This document shows positions 36,869 to 37,077 of a DNA stretch of 37,077 nucleotides, in pieces. The notes under the pieces were generated by a model that saw only the letters and a program-made list of their open reading frames with translations, was not told the DNA's origin and made no database searches. The position numbers and the translations under genes were made by a program. The DNA is from a virus. Lineage: Duplodnaviria; Caudoviricetes. How positions within the stretch are numbered: position 1 is the stretch's first letter; each line of letters opens with the position of its first letter. The stretch spans positions 1 to 37,077 of the IMG/VR virus record IMGVR_UViG_3300045131_000805. One strand, given 5' to 3'.

Positions 36869-36957
36869 TACGACTCCTTTCAAAATACGTTTGTAAAATT
36901 TGGCCCTCGTTAAGCACAGGGGGCATAAGTTCGCTTCCTGGTGCCCGCCGGTTGCCC

Positions 36958-37077
36958 TTATTGATATAGTGGATCTACCATACCCGCTAAACTAAAACCT
37001 CGAATCCGCTCCTTACAGGCATCGCATGATGTACATGGTTTATAACCGCTTACTGCTGCGATTGGATCGTAGCAGCT
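36958..37077 (-). CDS. queC: 7-cyano-7-deazaguanine synthase QueC, C-terminal fragment (gene starts beyond the window)
   Basis: Manual translation SCYDPIAAVSGYKPCTSCDACKERIRGFSLAGMVDPLYQ* matches the canonical QueC SCY..PCxxCxxCxxRxxGF..AG..DP tail. Confidence 0.85.
   Translation of the reverse strand, partial: SCYDPIAAVSGYKPCTSCDACKERIRGFSLAGMVDPLYQ

Noticed and set aside
1-37077. Stop-codon reassignment, tRNA genes, integrase or att sites
   Set aside because: Known genes are full length under the standard code with dense packing; no tRNA cloverleaf or recombinase was recognised by eye.

Overview
A 37-kb stretch of a tailed dsDNA phage (Caudoviricetes) genome with essentially all genes on the minus strand; both ends cut through genes. 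In transcription order (right to left) it holds: the C-terminus of a canonical QueC (missed by the ORF track); a SNF2 helicase; an HNH nuclease; a PD-(D/E)XK nuclease / AAA ATPase / SSB-like recombination trio; queD-queE-folE; a putative NTP-pyrophosphohydrolase; an HD hydrolase; a divergent TGT-fold DpdA-like transglycosylase; a family A DNA polymerase; a second QueC paralog with a degenerate PP-loop; a RuvC-like resolvase; a family-4 UDG-like protein with substituted catalytic motifs; NUMOD4-HNH; primase-helicase; a purine phosphoribosyltransferase; an ATP-dependent ligase; CsrA; many small ORFs; an AT-rich, repeat-containing origin candidate; and a terminator. The head module follows: a putative TerS, ~5.4 kb of inserted surface/virion genes, TerL, a Mu gp29-type portal and a large untracked ORF. 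The best candidate for a new system is an extended 7-deazaguanine DNA-modification pathway with two QueC paralogs and several accessory enzymes whose active-site motifs are altered. A second signal is a dispersed 12-13 bp motif, AAGCACAGGGGG(C), found at 8 sites in coding and intergenic DNA. Dockerin-like motifs and the CsrA sequence hint at a Planctomycetota (Phycisphaerae-like) host; this is inference only. All calls come from motif reading by eye, with no database searches.
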